From Anaeramoeba ignava BMAN (lineage: Eukaryota; Protista; Anaeramoebae): a DNA stretch of 64,000 bases. The notes under the pieces are model-generated. The model made no database searches and was not told where the DNA came from. It saw only the letters and a list, made by a program, of their open reading frames with translations. Position numbers and translations under genes: made by a program. The DNA lies in assembly GCA_028826165.1 (NCBI GenBank), contig JAPDFW010000118.1:110527-174526 (forward strand), given 5' to 3'. Shown piece after piece: positions 1 to 12,995 of the stretch (its first letter is position 1; every line of letters starts with the position of its first letter).

Positions 1-157
1 TAATATTTATTTATAATATTTATTTATAATATTTATTTATAATATTTATTTATAATATTTATTTATAATATTTATTTATAATATTTATTTATAATATTTT
101 AATATTTATTTATAATATTTATAATATTTATTTATAATATTTATAATATTTATTTAC
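1..157. repeat. AT-only tandem repeat (about 13-nt unit AATATTTATTTAT) in a kinase intron
   Basis: Tandem units directly visible. Confidence 0.85.
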
Positions 158-1611
158 TTTTCCAAAACTTCCTTCTCCAATTAATTTAAGTTGTTCAAAT
201 GAATTAGGTCCAATTTTTTCTCTATCATCTTGTTTTATTTCTTGAATTTCTGGTTTTTTAGTTTTTGAATGTTTTGTATTTTCTGAATTAGTATTTTTTG
301 TTGAAACTTTTTCTTTTGGTTCTTCGTTTTCATCAATAAAATAAACAGGTTTATCTGGAGGATCCATTGCAAGACATAAATCTAAATCACGAAAACCTTG
401 AAGTATTTGATCAGAAACAGTTTCATTTTCACATTGGAAACGATAACGATAAAAAGTAACTAAACTAAATCGATTTGGTTTTTTTGATTTATGTATTCTA
501 TATAAAAAAACAAACCAAAAATTTATTATTAAAATTATTATTAAATTAATTATTAAATTTATTATTAAATTTATTATTAAAATTATTATTAAAATTAATT
601 ATTAAATTTATTATTAAATTAATTATTAAATTTATTATTAAATTTATTATTAAATTTATTATTAAATTTATTATTAAAATTATTATTAAAATTATTATTA
701 AAATTATTATTAAAATTATTATTAAAATTATTATTATATTTATTATTAAATTTATTATTAAAATTATTATTATTAAATTTATTATTAAAATTATTATTAA
801 ATTTATTATTAAATTTATTATTATATTTATTATTAAAATTATTATTATTAAAATTAAATTTATTATTAAATTTATTATTATATTTATTATTAAATTTTAT
901 TATTTTATTTATTATTAAACTTATTATTATATTTATTATTAAATTTATTATTATATTTATTATTAAATTTATTATTATATTTATTATTAAATTTATTATT
1001 ATATTTATTATTAAATTTATTATTATATTTATTATTAAATTTATTATTAAAATTATTATTAAAATTATTATTAAAATTATTATTAAAATTATTATTAAAT
1101 TTATTATTAAATTTATTATTAAATTTATTATTAAAATTATTAAAATTATTATTAAATTTATTATTAAAATTATTATTAAAATTATTATTATATTAATTAT
1201 TAAAATTATTATTAAATTTATTATTATATTTATTATTAAATTTATTATTATATTTATTATTAAATTTATTATTAAATTTATTATTAAAATTATTAAAATT
1301 ATTATTATATTTACCCATAAATATCTTTTGAACTTATAAACCATTTTGTTTTTTTACCATCTGAATTACTTAAACCATCTTCAGAAAGTGTAATATTTCT
1401 ATTAAAATAAAAAGAAAATGAATAAAAATTTATTATTTTAATAAATAAATTAATAAATATTTTTTTACCTTCTTTGCTTTTTTCCATGTGAATTAATTTT
1501 AATTAAATCAAATTGAATTGTTGCACTATTATGTGAATTTGTTGAAACTTTATTATGAACTGTTCTTCTTCTTGGCCAAAATCTAGCTCTATTTTTTGGT
1601 TTTGTTGACAT
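158..1611 (-). CDS. AGC-family (S6K/Akt/RSK-like) Ser/Thr protein kinase, 5' part; the gene continues beyond the window start
   Basis: Exons 1611-1469, 1398-1315 and 497-158 join in frame across GT-AG introns. The product ends EKIGPNSFEQLKLIGEGSFGK, i.e. the glycine-rich loop with the AGC-type F-x-L-K-L-I-G context. The next GT donor is at 157. Confidence 0.8.
521..1312. repeat. 12-nt minisatellite (TTATTATTAAAA/TTATTATTAAAT) filling kinase intron 2
   Basis: Tandem units directly visible. ORF 619..1344 is a reading of this repeat. Confidence 0.95.
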
Positions 1612-1942
1612 TATTTAAAAAAAAAAAAAAAAGAAAATGAAAAAGAAAAAATGAAAAATATTTTTTGATTTTTTTTATTTTTTTTTTGGAATTGATTTTG
1701 TTAAAAAAAAAATCTTCAACAAATTAAATTATCCTTTTTTTAAAAATCAACAATAAATTTCATGTAAATAAATTTGGATCAATTTTTGTTCCGAAAAGAA
1801 AAAGAAAAAAGAAAAAAGAAAAAGAAAAGAAGAAAGAAAAAAAAGAAGAAAAAAAAAAATTATCAAATTAAGATCTGAATTAATTAAATGATTAAATGAT
1901 TTTTTTTTTATGATAAAATTTTCTCTAATAATTTTTGATTAA

Positions 1943-4900
1943 TTATTTTTCAAGATATCTGTTTTTTAAATTTAATAATTGAGTTGCAAAATGTTTTCTA
2001 AGTTCAGTAGTTTCAAAAGAAACAATATAATCTGCTTGATAAACTGTAATTTTGCAAACTGTTTCACGTTTTGGATGAAGAAAAGCTTTTGTTGCTTCAT
2101 GAAATTCGTAAAAATAGCAATATCTATTATTTTCATCATCATTAAAACACATTTCAGTTCCATTTTCATAAATTTGAATTCGAACTTTTTTTTCTGTTTG
2201 TCTTTTTTCACTTGTTTGAATAATAATAGCAGAATAAGAATTTTCATTTTCATTTTTTAATTGATTTTGATTTTCATTTTTTAATTCATTTTGATTTTCA
2301 TTTTTCAATTGATTTTCATTTTCATTTTTTAATTCATTTTGATTTTCATTTTTTAATTCATTTTGATTTTCATTTTTTAATTCATTTTGATTTTCATTTT
2401 TTAATTGATTTTCATTTTTTAATTCATTTTGATTTTTTAATTGATTTTGTTTTGATTTTAAAAGAAATCTTTTCACTTTGAAATTTTGTATAAATTTCTT
2501 TCGATCATGTGAATTTGCAAAAGAGAAAACATAATCCATTTTATCTTGAACATTAATTCTTGAAAGTGAATCATATGTTGGATGAGTTGAAATTCTAGTT
2601 AAATCTGTAATGTAAGAAAATTCTAAAGTTTGATCATCCAAATAAACTTTAAAACTGTCTCCAATTTCCAAAGTTGCTTTTGCAATTTTTTTATAATTAG
2701 TATCAATAATATCGACTTCAAAAGAAGAATTTGGATCAGCTAAAACATCTGAATTATTTAAATTTTGATTTTCATTTTTTAATTGATTTTTTAATTGATT
2801 TTGATTTTCATTTTTTAATTGATTTTCATTTTCATTTTCATATAAAATTAGTTCATTATCTCCATTTTCAAAAATATTTGGTTCCATATCATCATTAACA
2901 ATCATTTCTTCTTGATCTTGTAATTCTTGTAATGATTTCCGTTTCTCCTCTTCTTTTTCTTTCTCTTTTTCTTTTTCTTCTTCTTCTTGTTTAATTTGCA
3001 TCCAAAGAAGTTTTTCTTCTTGGAAAACTTTAAGAAAACGAGAAAATTCAGATGATTTTTTTAAAGACACACGAACAACTCTTCCGTCACTAAAATTAAT
3101 TGCAGCTGATCTTTTCTTTGTGTCAATTTGAGACATGTTGATCACATCACTTGGTAATTTAGTTAGATTATCGCGGGTAGTTTTGATGAAAAACTCACCG
3201 TGATCAAACTCAACTCTTGCATTTTCAATTTTTTTGAATTTCTCATTAAGAATATTGACTCTAAAAGTTTCATGCAAATTTGTTGTTCTTGAAACAGAAG
3301 ATTTTGGTTGGTTTTCAAGCCCTTCTTTGATGGTTGATTTGATTGCATTGCTTTCTTCTGTGTCAAGAAGTTTGTATTGAGCCACGCGTTTGCGCGAGAA
3401 AATGTTCATTGAAATTGAGCGTTTCTTTTTGAAATGAGTAAAGAAGTTAATACGCTCGTCTGAGTTTGGAAATGAAAGAATAAACTTGGATTCATCATTG
3501 AAATAAATAGTGAGGATATTCTTGTTTTTGGAATACAAGGAGAATTTGATTGATTCCTTATAAGGTTTTATAACTTCGGGTGATTTTGTCGGTTGAAGAA
3601 TAAATTGGTTGTTTGTGACCTGGATTGTTCCTTGGTCGTATTGTTGGTATTCGTCATTTAAAATCCCCACTTTGTGAATGCGAGTGTTCAATACCGGACC
3701 AGATGGTACTTGAATCTTCTCTTGAAGATCACTTTCCTTATTCGTAATTTCGTTAATCTCCTTTGTGTTCGGTTTTTGAGCAGATTGGCTTTTTTGCTCT
3801 TGATTTGGTTTCAAACTTCTCATTTGATAAAGTGGTTTTCGTGATTGATTTTTATCATCTGTTGTAACGGTCGATAAATTCTGTAAGTTGGGACTGTTTT
3901 TATCGTGACCCACAATAGTTCCTTTTTTGAAAGAAGTTAAACTCATTGATAATGATCTGTTTCTCTTGAAAATTTGCGCGAATTTTGCTCTTTCTTCGGA
4001 ATTTTTGAATCGGAGAATAAACATTGAACCATTGCTAAAAATGGTCTTGATTGATTCTTGATTTGAAGAGTTCATTGATATTTTGATTGATTTGCTGTAT
4101 GATTGCGAGACAAATGTTTGCCGCGCATGAAGAACAATCTCGTCAACATTAACCTTAATGACTCCGTTATCAAAAGTTGATTTTTTGACATCGGGATCAA
4201 TAATTTGGATGTCAAAGCAACTTTCTTGTGGTTTTTTGGATTGTGTGTCCATATCTTCCAATGCTTTTGTTTTAGGCGCGTTTTCTTTCTGAGGAGCATT
4301 TTCATCTTTACTATCTGTTGTTAATGGTGTAAAAAAATTAAGTCTTTTGCGATTTAATTGCGAAATTAAGTCGATTATTTTCCTTGGATCAACAAGCGAG
4401 AAAAGAAGTTTTCTTCCGTCATCAAGAATCACTTTGTATGTGTTTACATTTGAGTAATCTGCAATGATTCCAATTTCTTGTGATAATTTTTGTGTGATTG
4501 GTTGTGATCCATTGAATTCAATCACAAAATCCTTTTTGGTTATTTTTATTGTTCCCCGTTTTATTTGTTGCAAATCTGGTGATAAAATATAAATATCGAA
4601 GCTGCTTCCTTGAAGAGAAGATTTGCTTTTTGTTTCGTCTTTTGTTTTTTTGGGGAAATCCTTTATGTTTTGGTTTGGTTCGTTGTTTTTATCGTTATCC
4701 TCATTATCAATGTTTGTTGGAGTTGACATTGTTCTTCTTAATTCTTGCATAATTAATTCCTTTTTTTCATTGAATTTTTCTGAGAATTTGTTTCTGTTGG
4801 AATTCTTGAATCCAACAATAATTCCGAAATTATCGTTTTCAAACTCAATTCGACATCCTTGTTCATTTGTTGGATGTAATTGTAGTTCTGCATCTGCAAG

Positions 4901-7645
4901 AAATTTCTTCATTTCTTCCCCATTGTCTTTGTGTATAATAAGGAAATTTTCCATAATTTCAAGACTTCCTGTTGAAAAGAGTTTTCCTTCTTCTGTAAAG
5001 AAGTTTACTATAAACAACAAATCTGATGGTTTTTTGATTTCAATTTGATTTTGATTTTCATTTTTTAATTGATTTTCATTTTTTAATTGATTTTGAATTG
5101 AAAAAGCAATAAATGATTTATTAAATTTATCTAAATCTTGCTCGTCTTGGAAAATTATATTCAAAATCAAAGGATCTTTTTGTGGAGAAGCTTGGATTTT
5201 TATTTTTTGATTGAGAATTTTCTGTTTATCATCTTCACTTATTTTTGGTTGTGGATCAATTAAAACAACTTCAGAACCATCAAGTTTGTAACTTGAAGAA
5301 GTTAATTTAACAATAAATGTTATAATAGATGTTGTCAAAATGATTGTTGAAAGACCGATAGTATTATTTGAGCTGTCGAAAAGTTCAACACTAAAAGATT
5401 CGAAATCTGAACCAAAACAATGAGCAAAAAATCTTTCTTTATATTCTGTAAATTTTCGAGAAAAGCTTTTGAGATCCTTTGTTGTGCTAAATTTCATTAG
5501 CAAAGAATCTCTTGTTTCCAAATTCAGAACCACAGAATTGGGTGTTTTGGATGATAATTCAAGAGAGTCTGCAAGTGAATACATTTTTGGATAAAGATCT
5601 TTTCCGCATTCAATCGAATAAAATGTACTTTCAAGATGAATTTTGCATTTTTGGGTTTTTTTGTCAGAATTTTCAGTTAGTAAATCTGAATTGAAAATGA
5701 ATTCAAGAGGTTGTTGGAATTGCTCGATATATTTCTTTTCTTCCATATTTGAATTTAAATTTGAATCGAAAATTGATTTGAATTCTTTGATAAATTGTTT
5801 CAGAGTTGATTTGCTCGAAAATTCTGCGCGAATAAATTGAAGTTCATCAAAATAAATCTTGCAAATGCATAAAGATTCGTTATCAAAAATAAAGCGGAAA
5901 TAATGACTGTATTTTCTGTCAATTGTAAGTTCTGGAAGAGTAATTTGGAAATGGTCATCAAAAAGAGAAATTGAAGCCGATCCAATTTTTTCTGAAAAAG
6001 AATTAAAGAAATCAAACTTGTATTTTGATTTTGGCTGGATGCTACTTTGACTAAATGTTCTGCTATTTTCTTTGAATTCTTTCGATTTTAAATTAATAGA
6101 TGAAAATTTCTCCTCTTCCCAGAAATATTTGCTTGTTGGTTCTTTATTCTCTTTCTTTGGAAATAAATGATTTGCCTTGATCTTTGTCTTCGTATTGCTT
6201 TGCAAATGAAGAAGAAGAAAGAACAATAAAGTTGTCGAATTGCTTATCCTTATTAAATGCGTTGTGGATGAACATTAAAAATGAATTTGCAATTAAATCT
6301 CGCTCAAATGGTGTTTTTGAAAAGGCAATAAAACGTGTTGATGAGTTGAATTGAATGGCAAATTTTCTGTAATCTTGAGAATGAACAAAAATACGTTGTG
6401 TTTTGTCATAAGATCCCTCATAAATTATGCTTTTCTCTTTGTCCTGATTCTGATATTCTTGGGGTTGATCCGATTGGTTATTTTGATTCGCAGTATTTTC
6501 AGTAAATAATTTAATCTTATTCTGCTTCAACTTGATTTTAGCAGTTTTCAAAGTGGAATCATCTGTTAAAATTTCAATTGAAAAATTTGCATATCCGATT
6601 TTGAATGTGCTTGTCATAGATTTGCGGATTTTCTTAAGTTTCTTGCGATATGTTTCATTAACAAAAAAAGATCCAGAAATGCTGTCAAAACTTGGTATGT
6701 GATTTTGAATCAAAACAGGTTCGCATTTTGAATTAAATTCTGCGATAACAGAAGTGCCATCCAAATTGAGTATTTGATGATTTTGAGGATGAGGGAAAAC
6801 GATTGCTGTTTTCCCACAAAGAGTTGCCATTTTGGATCTTTTATTTTTTTCCTTTGGAATTTTTTCTTTTAAAATTTTTTCTTTTTCTTCTTTTAAAATT
6901 TTTTCTTTTTCTTTTTCTTTTAAAATTTTTTCTTTTTCTTTTTCTTTTTCTTTTTCTTTTTCTTTTTCTTCTGATTCAATTTGCTTTCGAGACTTTTTCA
7001 CAAGTCGATATATTTTGGATTCCTTTGTTCCTTTTTTCAAATCTTGAAGAATTTCTTGAGAAATTTCTGTATCTTTAACTTGATTACCTAAATTTTGTGA
7101 ACTTTTTTTTTTAACAATTCTAACTCTTGTTACTTTTGATTTGGATTTTGGATTTGGATTCGTTGAATCGTCTTTTTTAACAACACGAACCTTCAATTTT
7201 CTTCCAGAGATATTTGTGCTTTCCTTTTCTAGTTAAATTACTTTCACTAACTTTTTCTTTTGAATTTTTTTCTTTTGAATTTTTTTCTTTTAATTTTAAA
7301 ATTAAATCAATTAAATCTTCATTTTTAAATTTTTCAAGATTAAGAAGAAATTGATCATCAATTCCTAATTTTTTGCAACCTTCATTAAATTTCTTTAAAT
7401 ATTCTTGTGGTGATTCTCTATATTTTTTTAAATAATAAATTAAATTAAATTAAATTAAAATTTTTTTTGATTTTTATTTTGATTTTTTTTTTTTACTTTT
7501 CGTTAATTTCAATAGTTTTTTCTTGAATTGAATTTATTAATTTGCATAAAGTTTTGTAATCTTCTTCTTTTATTGTTTCATTTTTAAATTCATCAATTCC
7601 TGTTTGTGTTTTTATCCAATTAATAATTTCTTTTTGTTTAGACAT
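1943..7645 (-). CDS. Large protein with an N-terminal calponin-homology-like domain and about 11 tandem PH-like domains; two apparent +1 frameshifts
   Basis: ATG at 7645, exon 7645-7497, GT-AG intron, exon from 7417. The N-terminus IINWIKTQTG...LCKLINSIQ resembles a CH domain. ORFs 6144..7196 and 1943..6226 continue via frame changes near 7230 and 6150. A unit of about 90 aa (F-x-V-x-I...G-x-I...F-x-x-x-x-x-R-x-x-F) recurs. Confidence 0.65.
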
Positions 7646-7913
7646 TGAAAAATAAAAATAAAAAAATGAAAAAAAAAAAATGAAATTAAAAAAAATTTAA
7701 TTCTTTTTTTTTTTTTTTAACGATTTGGCAAAAAGAAAAATTAAAAAAATTAAAATTAAAATTAAAAAAAAAAAGAATTAAAAAAAAATCAAAAAGAATT
7801 ATTTTTTTTGTTTTATTTTCCCATTCCACTTAATTTTTTTTTAATCTGATCATTTTTTAAAAAAAAGAAAAAAAAGAAAAAAAAAAAAAAATTGTTTGTT
7901 TTTGTTTTTGTTT

Positions 7914-10259
7914 TTAGATATCAACCCAAAGACTAGAATCACCAAGATCATCATCATTCTTTTTTCTATCCCAATAAACAAAGTAATAAAGTGTTGCAGT
8001 CATAAATGATCCACCAATAATATTACCAAGAGTAGCAGGAATTAAATTGTTCTAAATAAATTAATAAAAAAATAAATTAATAAAAAAATAACGGAAAAAA
8101 GTGGAATAAAAAAATTTTTTTTTGCTTTTTTGCTTTTTTTTTCTTTTTAAAAAATTTACCCAAATGAAATCTCCAAAATTAAAGTTTGCTCCATACATTA
8201 ACCCAAGTGGAATAAAATACATGTTCGCGACACAATGCTCAAATCCAATTGCTACGAAGGCCATAATTGGAAACCAAATTCCTAAAATTTTTCCTCCAAC
8301 ATCTTTTGCTGCAACTGCAAGATAAATTGATAAGCAAACAAGCCAATTGCATCCAATTCCTCTAAAAAATACTGCTCCCCAACTAAGTGCAACTTTTTTT
8401 TCTGCTATTCCAATTGCAAATGATCGATATGGATCTTCATGAAAAAGTTTAGCTCCATATGTTAAAACACCTTTTTAAATTTTAATTTTTGATTTGAATT
8501 TTATTTTGATTTTGATTTTTATTTTGATTTTGAATTTGTTTTTGATTTTGAATTTGAATTTGAATTTAAATTTGAATTTGGATTTGAATTTGAATTTGAA
8601 TTTGATTTGGATTTGATTTGGATTTGATTTTGAATTTGAATTTGAATTTGAATTTGAATTTGAATTTGATTTTGAATTTGAATTTGATTTTGAATTTGAA
8701 TTTGAATTTGAATTTGAATTTGAATTTAATTTTGATTTTGATTTTGAATTTGATTTTAAATTTGATTTTGAATTTGATTTTAAATTTGATTTTATTTTTG
8801 ATTTTGAATTTGAATTTAATTTTGAATTTGAATTTGAATTTGAATTTGAATTTGAATTTGAATTTAAATTTGATTTTGATTTTGGATTTGAATTTGAATT
8901 TGAATTTGAATTTGAATTTGATTTTGAATTTGAATTTGAATTTGAATTTGAATTTGAATTTGAATTTGATTTGGATTTGATTTGGATTTGATTTTTATTT
9001 TGATTTTGAATTTGATTTTGATTTTGATTTTGATTTTGAATTTGAATTTGAATTTGAATTTGAATTTGAATTTGATTTTGATTTGAATTTTGATTTTGAT
9101 TTTTGAATTTGAATTTGAATTTAATTTTGATTTTGAATTTGATTTTGATTTTGAATTTAAATTTAAATTTGAATTTGAATTTGATTTTGATTTTGATTTT
9201 GATTTTAAATTTGAATTTGATTTTGAATTTGATTTTGAATTTTGAATTTTGAATTTAATTTTGATTTGAATTTTGATTTTGATTTTGATTTTGATTTTGA
9301 ATTTAAATTTGATTTTGATTTTAAATTTGAATTTGATTTTGAATTTGATTTTGAATTTTAATTTTGAATTTGATTTTAAATTTGATTGTAATTTTGATTT
9401 TGATTTTAAATTTGAATTTGAATTTAATTTTGATTTTGATTTTGATTTTGATTTTGAATTTGAATTTGATTGTAATTTTTCTACCAGAAACAAAAATAGA
9501 ACCAATAAAATTAGTAACATAAACATTTAACCAATTCCAAAGTAATTTTTTCCATTTAGAATCTTTTGAATAAACTGCAGGAATTAAAAACATAGTATTT
9601 CCAGTAAAAAGTTCAGCACCAGCAATTACAACAAGCATAAGGCCGCCTTTAATAAAATTAAAAGAAATTTTATTTTGATTTTGAATTTGAATTTTGATTT
9701 TGATTTTGGTTTTGATTTTGAATTTGATTTTAATTTTGAATTTAATTTTAAATTTGAATTTAAATTTTAATTTTGATTTTGAATTTTGAATTTGAATTTG
9801 ATTTTGATTTTGAATTTAATTTTGATTTTGATTTTGAATTTAAATTTGAATTTGATTTTGAATTTGATTTAGAATTTGATTTTGAATTTGATTTTGATTT
9901 TGATTTTGAATTTAATTTTGATTTGAATTTAAATTTAATTTTGAATTTGAATTTGATTTTGATTTTGATTTTGAATTTGATTTTGATTTTGATTTTGATT
10001 TTGATTTAAATGTCGAAATGATTTAAAAATAAATCTTACATGGAAAAACTCCTCCAAAAAGTAATTTTGTTATTCCAGGATAACTAGCTCTAAAATCAGA
10101 AGGTTGACCAGCAACTGAAATTGCTAATAAAGAACCAAGTCCAATATAAGCACCTGCTAAAAATCCAAGTATTGAAATTTTATACCAAGGTGTATTTGCT
10201 TTTTTTACTCCTATTGCTTCAACTGCTGAAAATGTTTGTTGAGGGGTGTTAAATCCCAT
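7914..10259 (-). CDS. Formate/nitrite transporter (FNT; FocA/NirC/FdhC family)
   Basis: Exons 10259-10040, 9646-9485, 8470-8160 and 8051-7914, all GT-AG and in frame. Motifs: [59 protein letters not shown]. Confidence 0.93.
8480..9480. repeat. Hexamer satellite (TTTGAA/TTTGAT) filling FNT intron 2
   Basis: Directly visible; it produces the spurious LN/IQ-repeat ORFs. Confidence 0.95.
9670..10010. repeat. Hexamer satellite (TTTGAA/TTTGAT) in FNT intron 1
   Basis: Same unit as in the neighbouring intron. Confidence 0.9.
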
Positions 10260-10569
10260 TGTTAAATTTTTTTTTTAAATTAAATTAAAAAATTAAAAAT
10301 GAAAAAATGAAAAAAACCAAAAAAAAACTTTGGAAAAAAAAATTTTCTTTTTCTCTTTAGTTTCTTTTGATTAAATTTCTTTTATTTAATGATTAATTTA
10401 ATAAAATGATTAATAATTTCGAATTAAAAACAATCAAAAAAAAAATTAACGAAAGAAAAAAAAAGTGGAAAAAATTTATTCCACTTTTTTTTTTGTTGTT
10501 TTATTTTCGAATTTAATTTTGATTATTTTTCCTTTTTTGAAAATTAAAAAAAAAAAAAGAGAATCCGTT

Positions 10570-12803
10570 TTAGAAATATCTCTGATATTCACTAGGTTCA
10601 AATAAATTTGCATCAATCAAATCTTCGATACTTTTCTCTGGATTAAGTTCAATTTGATGAAGATTTTTTTCAATAATATGAGTAGCAATAATAACCGCCA
10701 ATTTAAAAGAAATATCTCTAATATTATCGATATCAGGAAGAAGAGAACCACGTTCCAAATCAGCCGTAGGAACAAGACTGGACAAGCCTCTTGCTGCAAC
10801 TTCAAAGATTGAATCAGTCACATGTCTTGCTCTTGTTGAAACAATTGCTTGACCCAAAGCAGGAAAGATCCAAACATTATTTGCTTGTGCCGGAATAATC
10901 GTTTTTCCGTTAGGAAGTTGAACTGGTGGAAATGGTGATCCACTTGCAAACAAAACTTTCCCTTTACTCCATTCATACGCTTGTTCTGCGGTACACTCTG
11001 ATTTTGATGTTGGATTGCTTAATGCAAAAATAACTGGTTTTTCATTCAGTTTTGACATTGTTTCCACAACTTGTTTTGTGAATAATCCCCCAGCGCCGCT
11101 TACTCCAATCAAAACCGTCGGTTTTAATGTTTCGATCGTGTCATGTAAATTCTTAATATACGGATGATCATGTGCATATGGAATATTATGAGGCGCTAAA
11201 TCTGTTCTTTCTTTGCAAACAAGTCCGTTAACATCTGTGAACCAAATGTGTTTCGCAGCTTCTTCAGAAGAGATCCCTAATTCCTTCTCAATTACAGAAC
11301 GTATTAAATTGCCAATTCCTGTTCCTGCTGATCCAGCTCCTACAAATAAGAACTTATTTTCCCCAAATTTTTTCCCTGTTATTCTCATTGCTGAAAAAAG
11401 TGTTGCACAAACAATTGCCGCTGTTCCTTGGATATCCTAATAAGAATTAATATATATTTTTTTTTTCAAAATAATAAACAATTATTTTGACAAAATTCTC
11501 AAATTTGATCAAATTTGATCAAAAAGAAAAAGAAAAAATTCTTTTTTTTTTTTACATCATTAAAACAACAAATCTTATCTTTCCAAATGTCAAGTAAAGG
11601 AAAAGCATTTTGTAAACCAAAATCTATTCAAATAGAATTAAATTAAATTTTAAAAAATATAGATTAAAGTTTGTTTTTGTTTTACCTTCAAATTGAACTA
11701 AAATATGTCCATATCTAGTGTAAAGTGCATTAATAAATTCTTCAACAAGATCAAAGTATCTTTTTCCTGTTAATCTGTGATGAGGCCATCCATGATAAAA
11801 AGGACTTGTTAACAATCCTTCGTTATTTGTTCCAACATCTAATTGAACTGGAAGACAATATTTTGGATCGACTTGTCCGCATAAAGTGTAAAGGAGAAGT
11901 TTTCCAATCTTATTTGTATTTAATAGATAAATAATTGATTAATTTCTTTTCTTTTCTTTTCTTTCCTTTCCTTTCTTGTAAAAAGAAAAAAAAATTTAAT
12001 TACCGGAATCTATTCAAAATAAAAATTAATTTCAAAATTTTGATTATGAATTGTTTTGTTTTAATTTTTTTACAGGAAGTCCATTAGCTCCTTGATCTCC
12101 TAAACCTAATATTCTTCCTCCATCAGTAACAACACAACATCTTACATCATCATCATAGAAATTATCAACAATTTGTTGAATGTTTCCTTGATCTTCAGGT
12201 GTTATCCACAAACCTCTATATCTTTGTCTTGTTAGAGCATATTTTTGGCAAGCTTCACCAACAACCGGAGTATACAAACTAAATCGATATTTATTTTAAT
12301 ATTTAATTTAATATTTTTATAAATATTTATTATAATATTTTAATATTTATTTATTAAGTGATTTAAATCAATCCAAAAATTGGAAAATAATTAATAATAA
12401 TAAATAATTATACATTGGCATAACTTCAGAAGGAGGACGAGAAAAACAATAATTCCAGAATAATTGAGTATTTTTATCTCTTTCACCAGTAAGAAAAAGA
12501 TATTTAGCCAAAGGAGTAGGTTGAGAATCAACTAACCATTTAACTCTAGTAGTTTGTTCTTGAAGGGTAAATTGTTTATAAGGAAGAAGACCTCTAATAT
12601 GAAATCTATCTCTTTCTCTCATTGAAAAACCTGTTCCTTTATTCAAATCTGGATCATGTAACAAATCAGCATTTACTTTTCTTATATTTTTTGCTTTATT
12701 TTCTAATTTTTTTTTAAATGGTTTTGTTAATTTTAAACTTGTATATCTTGCTATTATTGGTGTTTGTGCTTTGTTTAATTTTTCTTTTATAATTTTGTAA
12801 CAT
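10570..12803 (-). CDS. Malic enzyme (decarboxylating malate dehydrogenase), hydrogenosomal type, with probable N-terminal targeting peptide
   Basis: Exons 12803-12414, 12278-12074, 12009-12004 (6 nt), 11908-11686, 11623-11556 and 11436-10570. Motifs: LNKGTGF, PILYTPVVGEACQ, VVTDGGRILGLGD, IPIGKL, VQFEDF, FNDDIQGT, GAGSAG, IFALSNPT, ASGSPF, QANN. The ATG needs a +1 correction at CAAAATT near 12795. Confidence 0.93.
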
Positions 12804-12995
12804 TTTTTTTTGTTTTGTTTTTGTTTTTGATTATTTTGTTTTATTTTAAATAAAACTATGAAAAAAAAAAATTTAATTTAATTTTTTTATTTTATTTTTT
12901 TTTTATTTAATGAGTTGGAATTATTATTTGTTTTTCATTTTTTTTTCAGCATTTCTTTTTTTCTTCTTTTTATTTATTATTTTATTAATTTAAAA

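Noticed and set aside
619-1344. 241-aa I/N-rich ORF
   Set aside because: Stop-free reading of the intronic 12-mer satellite in the kinase gene.
8618-10009. LN/IQ/FD dipeptide ORFs on both strands
   Set aside because: Translations of the hexamer satellite inside the FNT introns.
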